From: a virus
DNA: 64,000 bases
Strand: one strand, 5' to 3'
Virus record (IMG/VR): IMGVR_UViG_3300027708_000033
Span: 63,238-127,237 of that record
Below, piece after piece: positions 1 through 11,300 of this stretch. Both the position numbers and the translations under genes were made by a program. Numbering within the stretch: position 1 is the stretch's first letter; the number at the start of each line of letters is the position of its first letter. Under the pieces are notes generated by a model. It had not been told where the DNA came from. It searched no databases and saw only the letters and a list, made by a program, of their open reading frames with translations.

Positions 1-3000
1 TACCCTTTGAGTCACGCGGCTGAGTCTCGAAGGTGTACTTAGTACGACCTTCATCTACTGGCTCAGCCGCGAATGCTTTTCCCAGGCTCTCCTGGGCAGC
101 TGCAACTCGTGCCTTTAGGTCACTAGCGCTTGCACGCAATGAATCCTTTGCAGTTGGGCTCTTCCAGTTGTCTGGAATAAGTTCTGGCTTTTTGAGTTCG
201 TTAGCTCGCTTGATGATTAGGTCCTTTACAGCCTTTTCCTTTCCAACTGGTGCACGACCGTACGCATGAATTGCGTTCTTTAGGTCTGCCACGTTGCGGA
301 TTGGATAAGAGCCGTCTGGCATTGCGTGACCTTTATCAGCAAGCTTCATACGAGTCTCGTGGTTGATTACTTCAAAGTACGCCTGGCTGTTCACACGGGT
401 AGCCAATTCTGCTGCTTTTGCAGCTAAATCTGCTTTGCCACCAAACTGCTCTAGAGTCTTGATTCTGGCAGCCAATTCTGCGATTGGGTCTGACTTCATC
501 TTGGCAAGTGTAGCTGCGCCTGCAGCAACTAGAGCCATAACTTGACCAGATGCGACACGAGCACGAGCAATCGGGAAGCCTGGCACGTTGACCTGGCAGA
601 CTGCAACTAACTCTAGTGAACCGCGGATTGGACGCCAGTCACCTGACGGTGCTGATGCACGAATTGCACGAATCTGCTCTGGTGTAGTGCCTGGACGTAG
701 TGCTCCAGATACCCAGATTCCGTGAGCATCTTCGCCTGCAGAAACATCAGCAAACGATGACGCTGTGTCATCATAGTGCTTTACTGCCTCGGCTGCGCTA
801 GCTTCGATTGAAGCGTGTCCGCCTGACAAGGTAAGCTGACCGACAGGAACATCGACACCTTCCTCGGTGCGGCATACGCCGGTGTGGAAATAAGCGTAGT
901 TACTTTTGCTACGCGGTGGACGAGTGCCGAAGGCCATACCGATGTGGTCCACGTGCCAAGCTGCAATGTGGCCATAGACACGGCCGTCATCGTCAACGGT
1001 AAGAGGAGTAGGCTTGTTCAGCTTTGGATTCTCAAACCAGCTTTTTGGTGGGTTCATCGGAATAGCGCTAGCCGTGTATCCACAAGCCACAAGAGCTTCT
1101 GCATCCAAGGCATCGACGTCGTCAACATAGATTCCGTCTGGAATCATGCTGTCCTCCTGATTGTTGTTTTGTTCTTCGTCATCGGCGATGACAATCTTGC
1201 ATTCCTGGAATGCAGGCTTAGGTACAATCGTCACGCCCATGATTCTGGCTTTACTGACAACTATAGGATTTGCTACTATTTGTTCGTCTCTAGGCTCTTC
1301 AGAGCTTTCTTCAAGAGACTTAGACTTCTTTTCAGTTGCTTCAAACATGTCCATATCTGCTGAAACTCCACGAAGGAACCCGTTACGTACTAAACGTTCA
1401 GCTTCACGACCGTAAGCTCCACTGTCGAAGACACCATAAGCGTTTCCAATTCCCTGCTCAGTTCTTTCCATGTGGTCAATGCGACCAACTACTACTGAGC
1501 CTTGGTGGCCGTCAGCTGTTTTGATTTGCCACATTAGTGGAAGTGGGAGTTCACGAGTTGTGATGGAATCTTTTGTAAAGCTGCGACCATCGCCAGACTC
1601 CACGCCCTCTGGAATCACAAGTGGGATGCTGAACTTAGAACCGTTCATTCCAGCAGACGCAATCATGCCTAAGCGTTCCATACTTCGGTGAGCTTGAGCG
1701 TTCAACTGAGAAATCTCCATGACTTCATCAAAGCTTCTGACAGATGCTTCCATCCTGTGGTGCTGCTGTGACCCTGTCCACATGCCTGTCATCTCATGAT
1801 GACGAAGTGCGCAGTAGCCCTTGGCACGAGTTCCAAGGTACTTAGATAGATGTCTAACACAGCGAGTCCAGTCACCTGGAGTGTTCCAGCGGATTTTAGC
1901 CCCGCCCTTACCAACTGTCCAATAACGGCGAAGGTCTTCTGCGCGACCACGGTTGCGGTCCGCACCGCCTGCTGCAGTCATAGCACTCTTGCAACCTTCA
2001 TCCTGAAGAAGCTCTTCGATTTCAGGTTCTGGAGTCCAGGCATGGTCGTATGCTTTATCTGTTTCAGCATGAATGTCATCGATAGTCATGAGCATGTCTT
2101 TGTCAGTGACCACTGTAGGAGTGCCGTAGTTCTTAGTTAGAACTTCTTCCATGATGAACTCTGTCACCTGGTTGTGCTTTCCACGGACAAGTTTAGCGTG
2201 AGTTGATGTGTACATGCCAGTTGCTTCCTTGTGGCGAAGCTGACAGTAACCCTTTGCGCGTACGCCTAGGTACTTTGATAAATACCGAACGCAGCGCTTC
2301 CAGTCTCCACCCTGACCCCAGCGAATCTTTGCGGCACCCTTACCGCGAACCCAGTATCTACGTAGTTTTTCAGCATTGCCTCTATTTTTATCAATGTTGT
2401 GAGCACTAGGTGGACGAGCACCTGCGTACAGTGCATCTAATTCATCTTCACTGCGTGCAGCGGCAGCAAGAATAGCAGAAGGGTTAGGGCCAAATAGAAC
2501 CATGAGAACCAAGTCAGGTGTGTATGCCGATGCAGTTACGCTGTCAGTTTGCTGTAGTACTGAAACTAGTGATTCATTGTCAAGCGGCACAACCGGTGGA
2601 GGAGTTGCTGAACGAAGGTCGTCCATGATTTTAGGATTACGGACCCACTTCTTGTCTTCGCGGGTGAACGTCATCGGCTCTGGATTTTTGGTGCTGACAG
2701 GTACAACAGCGACAACATCCATAACTGCTCGTGGGTCGTCAGGTGATACACAAGCCAAGAACAGTGGCGGAACGTCACTTGTTTCTGGAGTGATTAGTAC
2801 GTTTGCATCTTTTGTGACTGCAGTAGGTTCGCCTGCGCCGGTAACTGGCTGGTACCAAAGAGCATTAGGACTTGTAGTTTTTCCGCCTTGTGTCACAGTC
2901 TTGTTTAGCCACTTTGTCAGCATTGGATGCTTGTAAGCGTCTAGGACTAGCTTGCTACCAGTAAGATTTTGAAGTTTCTTTGCGAATGGAGAGTTTTCCA

Positions 3001-4600
3001 TCGGAGTGACATCTAGTGTGTTACCAGGTGTCTTGGCATTAGGAGTTATACTCTTTAGAGGAGCAATCTCACCTTTCTGCGGTGAGTTAGATTCTGGATA
3101 CGGTGCAACTGAGCCCTGGCGCTGTTCACTGACCCATGAAGGCCAGTCAGCGATGATTCCTGAGATGTCTTTAGGTGTAAGAGCAGGAAGTGTTCCAGGT
3201 ATAGTTGCTTCACCCTTGTTGCTAGGAGTCCTAGGCTGGCCTAAAATACCAGTGGTGTCTAGCGGTTGCTGTTGCTGTTGCTGAGGGGTAGCCTGGTCTG
3301 TGGTTCCAGTAACATCTGCACGCTTAGTTGTGTTGATTGGCACTATCGAGCTTGTGCCATCTGCATGCTTTACTGTCGCCATGCCATTTGCTTTATCAAG
3401 TGATGTGATTACACCAGGCTTACCGCCCTTGATGGTTACACTAGAACCGGCTGCAGCAAACTTTCCACCAGCGTCACGCTGTTGCTTTGATGCATTCTGT
3501 CCACGTTCTTCAGTGGTGTACTTTCCATCACCAGCAGTCTGACCTGCAGGCGCTACAGTCACAGCGGCAACCATTGTGTAGTCTACCATTGCTAGGTCAA
3601 TTTCACCTGCAGCATTCTCAGCTAGAGCAGCTTCATGAGCATCTAGGTCATGTACTGAAACACACTTGTGAGGGTTCTGCTGTAGCATTGCTGAAATAAT
3701 GACTGCCGAACCTGGGTCAATTGTGAAGTAATCCTTATCGACCAAATCGTAAGGGTCATCAAGTGCTTTATCATAGGTGTAAATGTCGCCGCTCAGGTGG
3801 CCTAGGTCGTCCCAGGTTCCATCGTCCCAGATGTAAACTTGCCCGTCTGTATCTACTTTGTAGAGACGGTCCATACCTGAACCGTCCATGCGAACACGAA
3901 CTAGGAACTCAGGAGCGTCTACATCGTTGTAGCCGTTTTCAGCATCTATAGCCAGCTTGAAGTCGTCTATTTCAGCGTCATAGAGTTCTTCTGTTTCATA
4001 CATTCTAGGTTGCGCATAGTAGTCATTTAGTGCATAGCCGTCGGCAGTTAGCGCCTTCTTGTTCTCACGCTCAACGATACTCTTAGACCAGCGCCAGCCG
4101 GCGTCTCCGCCCCATAGAGCCCATGCGATACGTCCGTTAGAAGGAAAGTTAGGTTCTCCAGGCTGGTAGCCTTTACCCTTTTTATCTACTTCATGACGAG
4201 GAAAGTACTTTGCAATGTGGCGAATCTTTTCAATACCAATTTGCCCACCTTTAGCGAGGGTGCGAGCTGTGCTCAAACCAACAGGCGTGCCTCCACGGTG
4301 GTGCTCCTTGTGCCACTCTAAAGACTTCTTTGCCTCATCTTGGACAGATGAAGGAATCGTATAGAGCCTGCCAGATGCAGTGATTACCTTTATGTTCAGT
4401 GTTGATAATGCTCCATTAGCCAGTTCTATAACGGCTTCACTGACTGTGCAAGTTTTCTTGTCGCTCCACTTGCGTTTCTTTTTCATAGCAGTAGTTAGCC
4501 CGCTGTCTACGATTACGTTTAGGTCGGTGTCTACAATGACAGAGTTCTCACCGTGTTGAATCAGAGTGAGAGCGCCATCGTAACCGATGATTTCTGGCAT
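1..4600 (-). CDS. Capsid maturation protease/scaffold multidomain fusion, >1533 aa, runs off window start
   Basis: ATG at 4600; same frame at every spot checked down to base 2; absent from ORF track, consistent with no in-window stop. Manual translation gives GRIAWALWGGDAG, two LRRYW..G.G.AKIRW...GDW.RCVR.LSKYLG.RAKGYC.LRH units, PEGVESGDGRSF...RELPLPLMWQ...GHQGS, TIVPKPAFQE and SGDWRPIRGSLELVAVCQVNVPGFP, typical of actinophage prohead proteases. Confidence 0.75.
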   Translation of the reverse strand, partial: MPEIIGYDGALTLIQHGENSVIVDTDLNVIVDSGLTTAMKKKRKWSDKKTCTVSEAVIELANGALSTLNIKVITASGRLYTIPSSVQDEAKKSLEWHKEHHRGGTPVGLSTARTLAKGGQIGIEKIRHIAKYFPRHEVDKKGKGYQPGEPNFPSNGRIAWALWGGDAGWRWSKSIVERENKKALTADGYALNDYYAQPRMYETEELYDAEIDDFKLAIDAENGYNDVDAPEFLVRVRMDGSGMDRLYKVDTDGQVYIWDDGTWDDLGHLSGDIYTYDKALDDPYDLVDKDYFTIDPGSAVIISAMLQQNPHKCVSVHDLDAHEAALAENAAGEIDLAMVDYTMVAAVTVAPAGQTAGDGKYTTEERGQNASKQQRDAGGKFAAAGSSVTIKGGKPGVITSLDKANGMATVKHADGTSSIVPINTTKRADVTGTTDQATPQQQQQQPLDTTGILGQPRTPSNKGEATIPGTLPALTPKDISGIIADWPSWVSEQRQGSVAPYPESNSPQKGEIAPLKSITPNAKTPGNTLDVTPMENSPFAKKLQNLTGSKLVLDAYKHPMLTKWLNKTVTQGGKTTSPNALWYQPVTGAGEPTAVTKDANVLITPETSDVPPLFLACVSPDDPRAVMDVVAVVPVSTKNPEPMTFTREDKKWVRNPKIMDDLRSATPPPVVPLDNESLVSVLQQTDSVTASAYTPDLVLMVLFGPNPSAILAAAARSEDELDALYAGARPPSAHNIDKNRGNAEKLRRYWVRGKGAAKIRWGQGGDWKRCVRYLSKYLGVRAKGYCQLRHKEATGMYTSTHAKLVRGKHNQVTEFIMEEVLTKNYGTPTVVTDKDMLMTIDDIHAETDKAYDHAWTPEPEIEELLQDEGCKSAMTAAGGADRNRGRAEDLRRYWTVGKGGAKIRWNTPGDWTRCVRHLSKYLGTRAKGYCALRHHEMTGMWTGSQQHHRMEASVRSFDEVMEISQLNAQAHRSMERLGMIASAGMNGSKFSIPLVIPEGVESGDGRSFTKDSITTRELPLPLMWQIKTADGHQGSVVVGRIDHMERTEQGIGNAYGVFDSGAYGREAERLVRNGFLRGVSADMDMFEATEKKSKSLEESSEEPRDEQIVANPIVVSKARIMGVTIVPKPAFQECKIVIADDEEQNNNQEDSMIPDGIYVDDVDALDAEALVACGYTASAIPMNPPKSWFENPKLNKPTPLTVDDDGRVYGHIAAWHVDHIGMAFGTRPPRSKSNYAYFHTGVCRTEEGVDVPVGQLTLSGGHASIEASAAEAVKHYDDTASSFADVSAGEDAHGIWVSGALRPGTTPEQIRAIRASAPSGDWRPIRGSLELVAVCQVNVPGFPIARARVASGQVMALVAAGAATLAKMKSDPIAELAARIKTLEQFGGKADLAAKAAELATRVNSQAYFEVINHETRMKLADKGHAMPDGSYPIRNVADLKNAIHAYGRAPVGKEKAVKDLIIKRANELKKPELIPDNWKSPTAKDSLRASASDLKARVAAAQESLGKAFAAEPVDEGRTKYTFETQPRDSKG

Positions 4601-4601
4601 G

Positions 4602-5321
4602 CTAGTCCTTTTTGTTGATGACACGGGCATACTTAAAGCCTGTGGCAGCGGATGCGGTAGTAGCAACTGGCTCATCTGCTTCATAGTTAGCCAAGTCGTC
4701 TGCTGTTAGTCCTTTGCTTTCTTTCTTATCAAAGAAGTCAACAAACTCTGGAGATACATACTCAATGTACATGTCGTCTAGCACGTCGCCGTTAGGGTCA
4801 TCTAGAACTATCCATTTTCCATCCTTACGGATGTAAGTGACATCGGCTCCAGAATACACTAGATAGGTGACTTTGCCGTCGTTGTCATACAAAGCGTACA
4901 GCTCTTCCGGGCCGTAATCTTTAGCTGATTCAGGAGCTACATCAGCAGTAATTTCATTCATAAAAATCTCCTCTAGCGCTTCAGCCGGCACGGCGGTACC
5001 AGTCATCGAAGCCCAAACTCCGTCTGAATCTTGGAACTTGCGTATTGTATAAATTGTACCTTGAGACTTAAATGTTATCTTTGAAGCAGATGCGTTTACC
5101 TTGAAGTCTTTAGCAGATTTTAGCGAGTATTCATTAGCACCTTCTACTCCACCAAGTCTAACACTGACTTCGTCTGGTGATTCATAAAGGACCACTGCGT
5201 AGAGTGAGTGGTGGCCAAGTTCACCCTCACTATCTTTACCTTCTAGAACTAACGGGCCGTAAGCGTACTGTGTTTCAGTATCACTTAACTTCTTTTCAGT
5301 CATGTCCACTATTTGTGCCAT
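4602..5321 (-). CDS. Hypothetical protein of head cluster
   Basis: 239-aa ORF, SD AGAAAAGGA, abuts neighbours. Confidence 0.7.
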   Translation of the reverse strand: MAQIVDMTEKKLSDTETQYAYGPLVLEGKDSEGELGHHSLYAVVLYESPDEVSVRLGGVEGANEYSLKSAKDFKVNASASKITFKSQGTIYTIRKFQDSDGVWASMTGTAVPAEALEEIFMNEITADVAPESAKDYGPEELYALYDNDGKVTYLVYSGADVTYIRKDGKWIVLDDPNGDVLDDMYIEYVSPEFVDFFDKKESKGLTADDLANYEADEPVATTASAATGFKYARVINKKD

Positions 5322-5335
5322 CTCAGTTCCTTTTC

Positions 5336-8300
5336 TTACTTCGTTGTGTTCTTAGCAGCTTTGTAGTCAGGGCCTGTCATAACTACTGCTTCTAGAGGAC
5401 GACCACCAAGCTGGGTAATTCCCTTTTGGCGCAACTTTGTGATTACACGTGTACGCATGTCCTCGTCTTTAACCATTAGCACTGCAGCGTCATCGAAGCT
5501 TAGACGTCCTTTGAACATCACCTCGTAGCCGCCTGGGACAGCTTGGTCAATCGGGCTCTTACCTACACGCTTTCCAAACTGGTCTCCCTTGTTGGCCCAG
5601 AAGTCTAGTCGCTGGAAGGTTCGCTCTGCATCAAACCAGAGTCCAGGTAGGAGACTACTGTTCTCAGAGTCTGTGTTAGACTTTGGAGTAGTGAAGACGT
5701 AGTCAGCGCCGCCAGTTTCAATGTCTCGACTGCTAGACTGCCCAGACGTTGGGATACCTTCACTCCAACGTACCGTGGTAGAAAGCAATCCACCTTGAGG
5801 AGTAGACACACGGTTAACGAAGTATTGCGCAACGCGGTCGCGTGCCTCTTCATCGGTTTCTCCTTGCTTAGCAGCTTGCATAGAGTAGCTGCTTCTTAAG
5901 GTGTGACGCAAAACTTTAATACCTGTCTTATTAGCAATCTTTTTTGCACTCTCTGGGTCAAGACGCATCTCAATACGGCCACCTGCACCAGTAGTAATAG
6001 TTACGTTTTCAGGAGTAATTCCCCATGCGTCCTTGATTCTCTGAAGGCTTGCTGCGCGCTCAGAACCAGATGGGTTACTCTTCGGGTCAACCTTTTCATC
6101 TAGAATACTCATTAGGCGGTTTTCAATCAGAATCTTGGCGTCTTCCTTAGTGCTTGGACGCACATCCTGAACACCTCCTGTATTTAGCGCTAGTGCTAGA
6201 CTTTCTGGAGTCGAGTCTTTCTTAGGCGCAATAATCATTACCTTGTTGTGGTAAGCTCTAGGACCGTTTGAGCTGATTTTTGCTGAACCAGATGTGTGCT
6301 TAGTAGGAACGTCTGCACGAAGGAAGTGAATCTTAGTCCCGTCATCTAGAGTGATGATAAACGTTTGTCCATAGCCACTCTTGTATTTAGCACTACTTCC
6401 ATTAAGAGACGGGACAAACGAGACTTTATCCCCGTCGACTAGGTTCTCAGGAACACTTAAGCCTGTAGTAGCTGAAACTCTAGGGTCGTTGTTCTGTATC
6501 ATTTCTAGTAGTTTGTTTGCGAGCTCGTCGCCTGCCCAGCTAGTCAGCTTGTACTTCATAAGATAGGCATCTTTACCGTCTGTGCCTGTAGCCGCCATGA
6601 TTCGAAGGTCCAAGTCTTCAACAGCATCAGCGTCTAGAGCAATAGAACCTCCAGCAAGACCAGAACCAGGTGTAGATACCTTAGTCAGCAACTCTTGTAG
6701 AGAAGGTGCACCTTCAAAGCCTGACTTGTCCCAACCTAGCTGGTCAATTTGCTGTGGCTTTGCACCGGCTCCGTTTTTTGGAACCGATAACTTACCAGAT
6801 GGGGCCTTATTAGAGGTACCAGACTTAGTCGTGGCTCCAAAAGTAGGAAGGTTGTACTTGTCTGCATCAAGGTTCTTGAAGTATTTCTGTGCTACTTGGA
6901 TGTTGTATATGTTCTTTTTATACTTAGTGTCCAACGCTGTTAGAGTGTTGGCTTTACGCTTCTTCATGCCGTCTGGATACGCAACTTTGATGTAGCCATC
7001 ACTGCTATAGTTTTCTACGACAACACCAACATCGCCATTCTTGTCGACTACAAGATTCCTGAACCCAATCTTCTTGCCATTCTTGTCTTCTAGTGCAGGA
7101 CCTGTCACTGGAAGCATCGGCTCTGAGTTCTTCTCAAAGTCTAGGTCTGCGACACCAGCGTAGGCGGCAGCGATTCCAGGAGTGAGATACTTTCCAGTTG
7201 CTGTTACTGTGTCAGGTGCAACTGAATCTTGTGAACCATCTTCCCAAATCATACGCATCTTGTTCGGGTCGCCGTATCCAGGATTGCGGTAGACACCGAC
7301 TCTGCCGTTCTCGTCCTTGACAATGGCGCCAGGCTTGATTAGAGTTCCCGCTGAGTCGGTCTTGATAGAGTCTTTGTCCGGGTTAGTTGGGTCAGTGATA
7401 GGCTGAATTTCAGGTGCATCTGTGACATCTGGCAGAGTCATGAAATCAAAGGTAAACTTCTTAGGACCTGACGGTTTAGCAGGCTCAGCTTTTACCTCAG
7501 GAGTACTTGGCTCAAAGTTGTTTGTTTCTAGTGCAGTTAGAGCCTCACTCTCTGCTTCATCACGGTCCTCTATGTCCATGTGTATCTGACTGAAGTCTGG
7601 ACCGTTGAGGTCATAGACTACGTCCCATGTACCATTATTGTTTTTGACAACAATAACTTTTGATAGACTTCCGTCAGACTTACTGAACATAGTCATGTTT
7701 TCAGATTTCTGCGGAATGAAAGTCTCTGCACTAGGAGCGTTAGGAGCGTTAGGAGCAGGAGTAGGTGACACAGGTTCTCCGCCAGAGCCGTTAGACTTAA
7801 TCTGGTTGATAGACATAATCTTGATGACTCCACCGCTGTCAGGCTTAACCTTGACGTAGTTCGGGTCTTTCTGGAACCCAACTATTGTTCCAGTAATACC
7901 GTTCTTGCTGTGGACAACTTTGCTGCCCATCTTTCCAGCTGTGCCGTCAGACAACTGAACTGCCTGGCCACCTTCATTTACAATTTTTGTGGCACTAACA
8001 AGTTTTGTCATAGCATCGTTTAGGTCTGAAGTACTTTCAATTTTCCAGCCTGCCTTGAAGTTTTGGACTTGGTACTCTTTACCGTCATCACTCACAGTCA
8101 TCATAGCGACTGTTTCATCTTGCTCGTTCTTGACCATGATGAATCCAGTGTTACCAGCACCCTTTTCAGGTGAAGCCGTATAGCCGTCTGGTAGCTGTGA
8201 CTGGATAGACTGAGCCGTATCAGTTCTAACTTTCTCATCAGCTAGGTTTAGAAGCGTAGATTCTGGTGCAGCGACTGGAGTAGTTGGAGTTTCAACTTTA

Positions 8301-11300
8301 GCGGTTGTGCCTCCCTTAGGGCTAATTGAGTCTGCTTGGCTCTCAAGCTCCTTGGCTCCTTCAATGAGGTCTTGTATAGAGGAATCCTTTGTGCTCCACT
8401 CGGCTCCGTCTTCTCCTTCTGTTGAAGTTACTGCATCAACAAGTTCGTTGTACATTGCAGCAAGCTGGCGCAACTTCTTTGCACTCTCGTTAGTGTCTAA
8501 GTCTTTGCCTGACTTAATGTCATCTGCTATTTCACCTAGGTGAGACATAATCGACTCGCCAATTCCCTTTGAGTCCCAGCTGTGTTGAGCTACTCCAGGG
8601 TCGTATTTTTCGTACGCGTTGTCAACTATTTTCTTGAGTGCGTCTCCTGTTATTGTGCTACTCGCTGACCCCTCCGAAGGCGCCTCTTCAGGCACATCGA
8701 CTTCAGACGGCTTAAAGTTCTGGAGGGTGTAGTTCTTGCTAACTCCGTCTTCTTCACCAGTAAGGTTGATGTTGCCATTCTTAGGGTTAGTCCATACATA
8801 AGTAGGCGCGACAACACGCTCTTTGTCGTTGTACTTGAATGAAACTAGGTCACCGTTTTTGGCTGCATCTTCTAGCTGTGTCTTTAGACTATCGTTGTCG
8901 CCATTTACATCTAGCTTCTTAGTCTTGCCAGATGAACCGGCTTCAGGGTTCTTTTTCTTAGCCGGCTTGTCGCTTAGACCGAACTTGTCAAGGATGTACT
9001 GACGACGTGCTTTTAGCTTAGTCTTGAGTTCTTCCTGTTTAGCTGGGTCAGTGATAATTGAGTCTACTAGTTCATCTATCTGAGAAGTCGACAGGTTCTG
9101 AAGAACCTTTGCGCTTTCTAACTTCTGTTCATCACTCATCTGGCTGAAGACTTTTGCAGATGGACGTGTGCTAGTCTTGTCTGTAAACGCATCTAGCTCT
9201 GGTACTTCTTCACCAAACGCGCCACCCTTTGGAGAACCTTGAGCACGGAACAAAAGCGCGCCACCTGGGTCTACACGGACAGGTTCACCATTCTTATCTG
9301 TTACTACGTTGTCGTAGTCTAGACCAATTACATCCCAGTTAGCAAGCAATGCGTCAATTGCAAAGCCTTGCTGTAAACGAGCCATGTACTCTTTGTTATT
9401 GAGGTTCTTCTTTAGGTCTTGCTTTGCGCCATCAATCATCGGCGAGTAGGTCACATCTATGCCGTCGGCATCCTTGCCAGCTAACACCTTTGCAGATGAG
9501 ATTCCAGCTGCGTCATAAATCGCTGAGGCTAAACGTTCGTTTTCACCGTGAAGCTGCGACTTAGGAGCCTTGACGTAAACCTGTTCACCTGTTGCTGGAT
9601 TCTCAAAGGTTCCGCCTGGGTTTGAACCTTTTTGACCGCCGACCTTTTTCCATTTAGACAGGTCTAGGCTGCCAGCTTGCTCTTCCTTGATTGTGTCAAC
9701 GGTAACAACGTTGTTCTTGTTTCCACCTTCTGCTGGAGTAAAACTATCTACAGAATCAGCAAGTTTCTTAATGTATTCGGTAAGAGCAACTGGTGCGCCT
9801 TCTTTGTAAAGTGCGTCGTGCAGTGAGTACAAATCTCCTGCAACAGCAATGCTGTTTGCACCATCTGATTCATCTAGGCTATCTAGAAGATTCTGGATTA
9901 CATTCTCGTTGCCGCTAACACCCTTTAGCATTGGCTCGTAGCCAATGTCTTGCTTGTCAAGAATCATTGCAATACTCATGTCGGCACCAGTTACTAATGA
10001 ACGACTACCTCCGGTTTCTGCTAGCAATTTATCACTGTTATCACTGCTGAATGGGTTCTTTACCGTGTCTGTTGCTTGCTCAACTGGAGCTGGCTCTACA
10101 GGTGCGATTTCAGGTACTACCGACTTCTCATCAGCAATAACCTCGGCTTCTGTTTCAGGAGTAACATCTTTCTGATTCCTGTTGAAAATTACTGTCTCAC
10201 CATTAGGGAAACTAACTGCACTATATTTTCCAGACTGCGCTGCCCACTGTGCGATTAGGTGCTCAACAGGCTCAGCCATGCTGTTGCCGCTTGCCTTTTC
10301 TTCTTCACGCTTTTTCTGGATGTAGTCAAACGCACCGCTAGCCCTTGTAGCAGCTAGACCAGCCTTAGTTTCAAGTTCTTTCTTATCGTTCTTGTAGACG
10401 ATGTTGAGCTGCCTTGAATACTCGAAAGCAGGAATCTCAACTTTTAGTTTTGCAATTTCCTTTGCGTCAGGGTGTGTTGCCCAATACTCGCTAGCCATGT
10501 ACTCGCTCATGCCGTAGCCGTACTCAGCTACAAACATTGCACCTGGAATTCCCCACTGGCTGCCGCCTAGTGTGTCCTTACCTTCTGGGTTGAATCCATT
10601 TTCGATAATAGATTTTGCGTTTTCTGGAGTTGTCCAGTGGACTAGTTCTCCTGACTTGATGTCAGACCCATCCGTGATGATAGCAGCATAGTTCTTGTCA
10701 GGAGTTCCTGGCTTTCTAGCCTTCATGTCTGCTAGTAACTGTTCAGCTGCAGCCTTACCGTCACTGATTTTATGGCCCTCGCCAAAGAACTTTTGTGCAA
10801 TTACTTTGCCATTCTCATCTAGTAGCCTGGCAATTACTTCGTCTACCTTACCACCAACACCTCCGTTGTTTGAGCCTTGCTTATGGTGCCAAGTCTTAAG
10901 AGTGTAACCAGTTTCTGGGTCAGTAGCAATGACATCACCGTACCCGTCTATTTTCCAATCTGCAGCTGGAGCAGCTGGAGCCTCAGCAGGAACAACAATG
11001 TTAGCAGGTTCTGCCATCGTGTTCTCAAGCTCAGGATGATTCTCATAGAACTTTTTAATGAGTGCATCTTGAACTCTTTGAAGCTGCGCATTGCGCTGAG
11101 GCTTTACAGCTTTAGAAGTACGAGTTGCTGAGATTTCATCTATTACACGCTGAAGGTCTTCCTCATTACTAATCTTGCTAATGAGCTCACTTAGTGTGTC
11201 TCCATTGAATGCTTTTCCAAGCTCTTCATCGATTGCAGCAATAGTGCCATCAGGTAGTCTTTCACTTACAGCAGAAAGGAACTCAATGTCAGGCTGTGCT

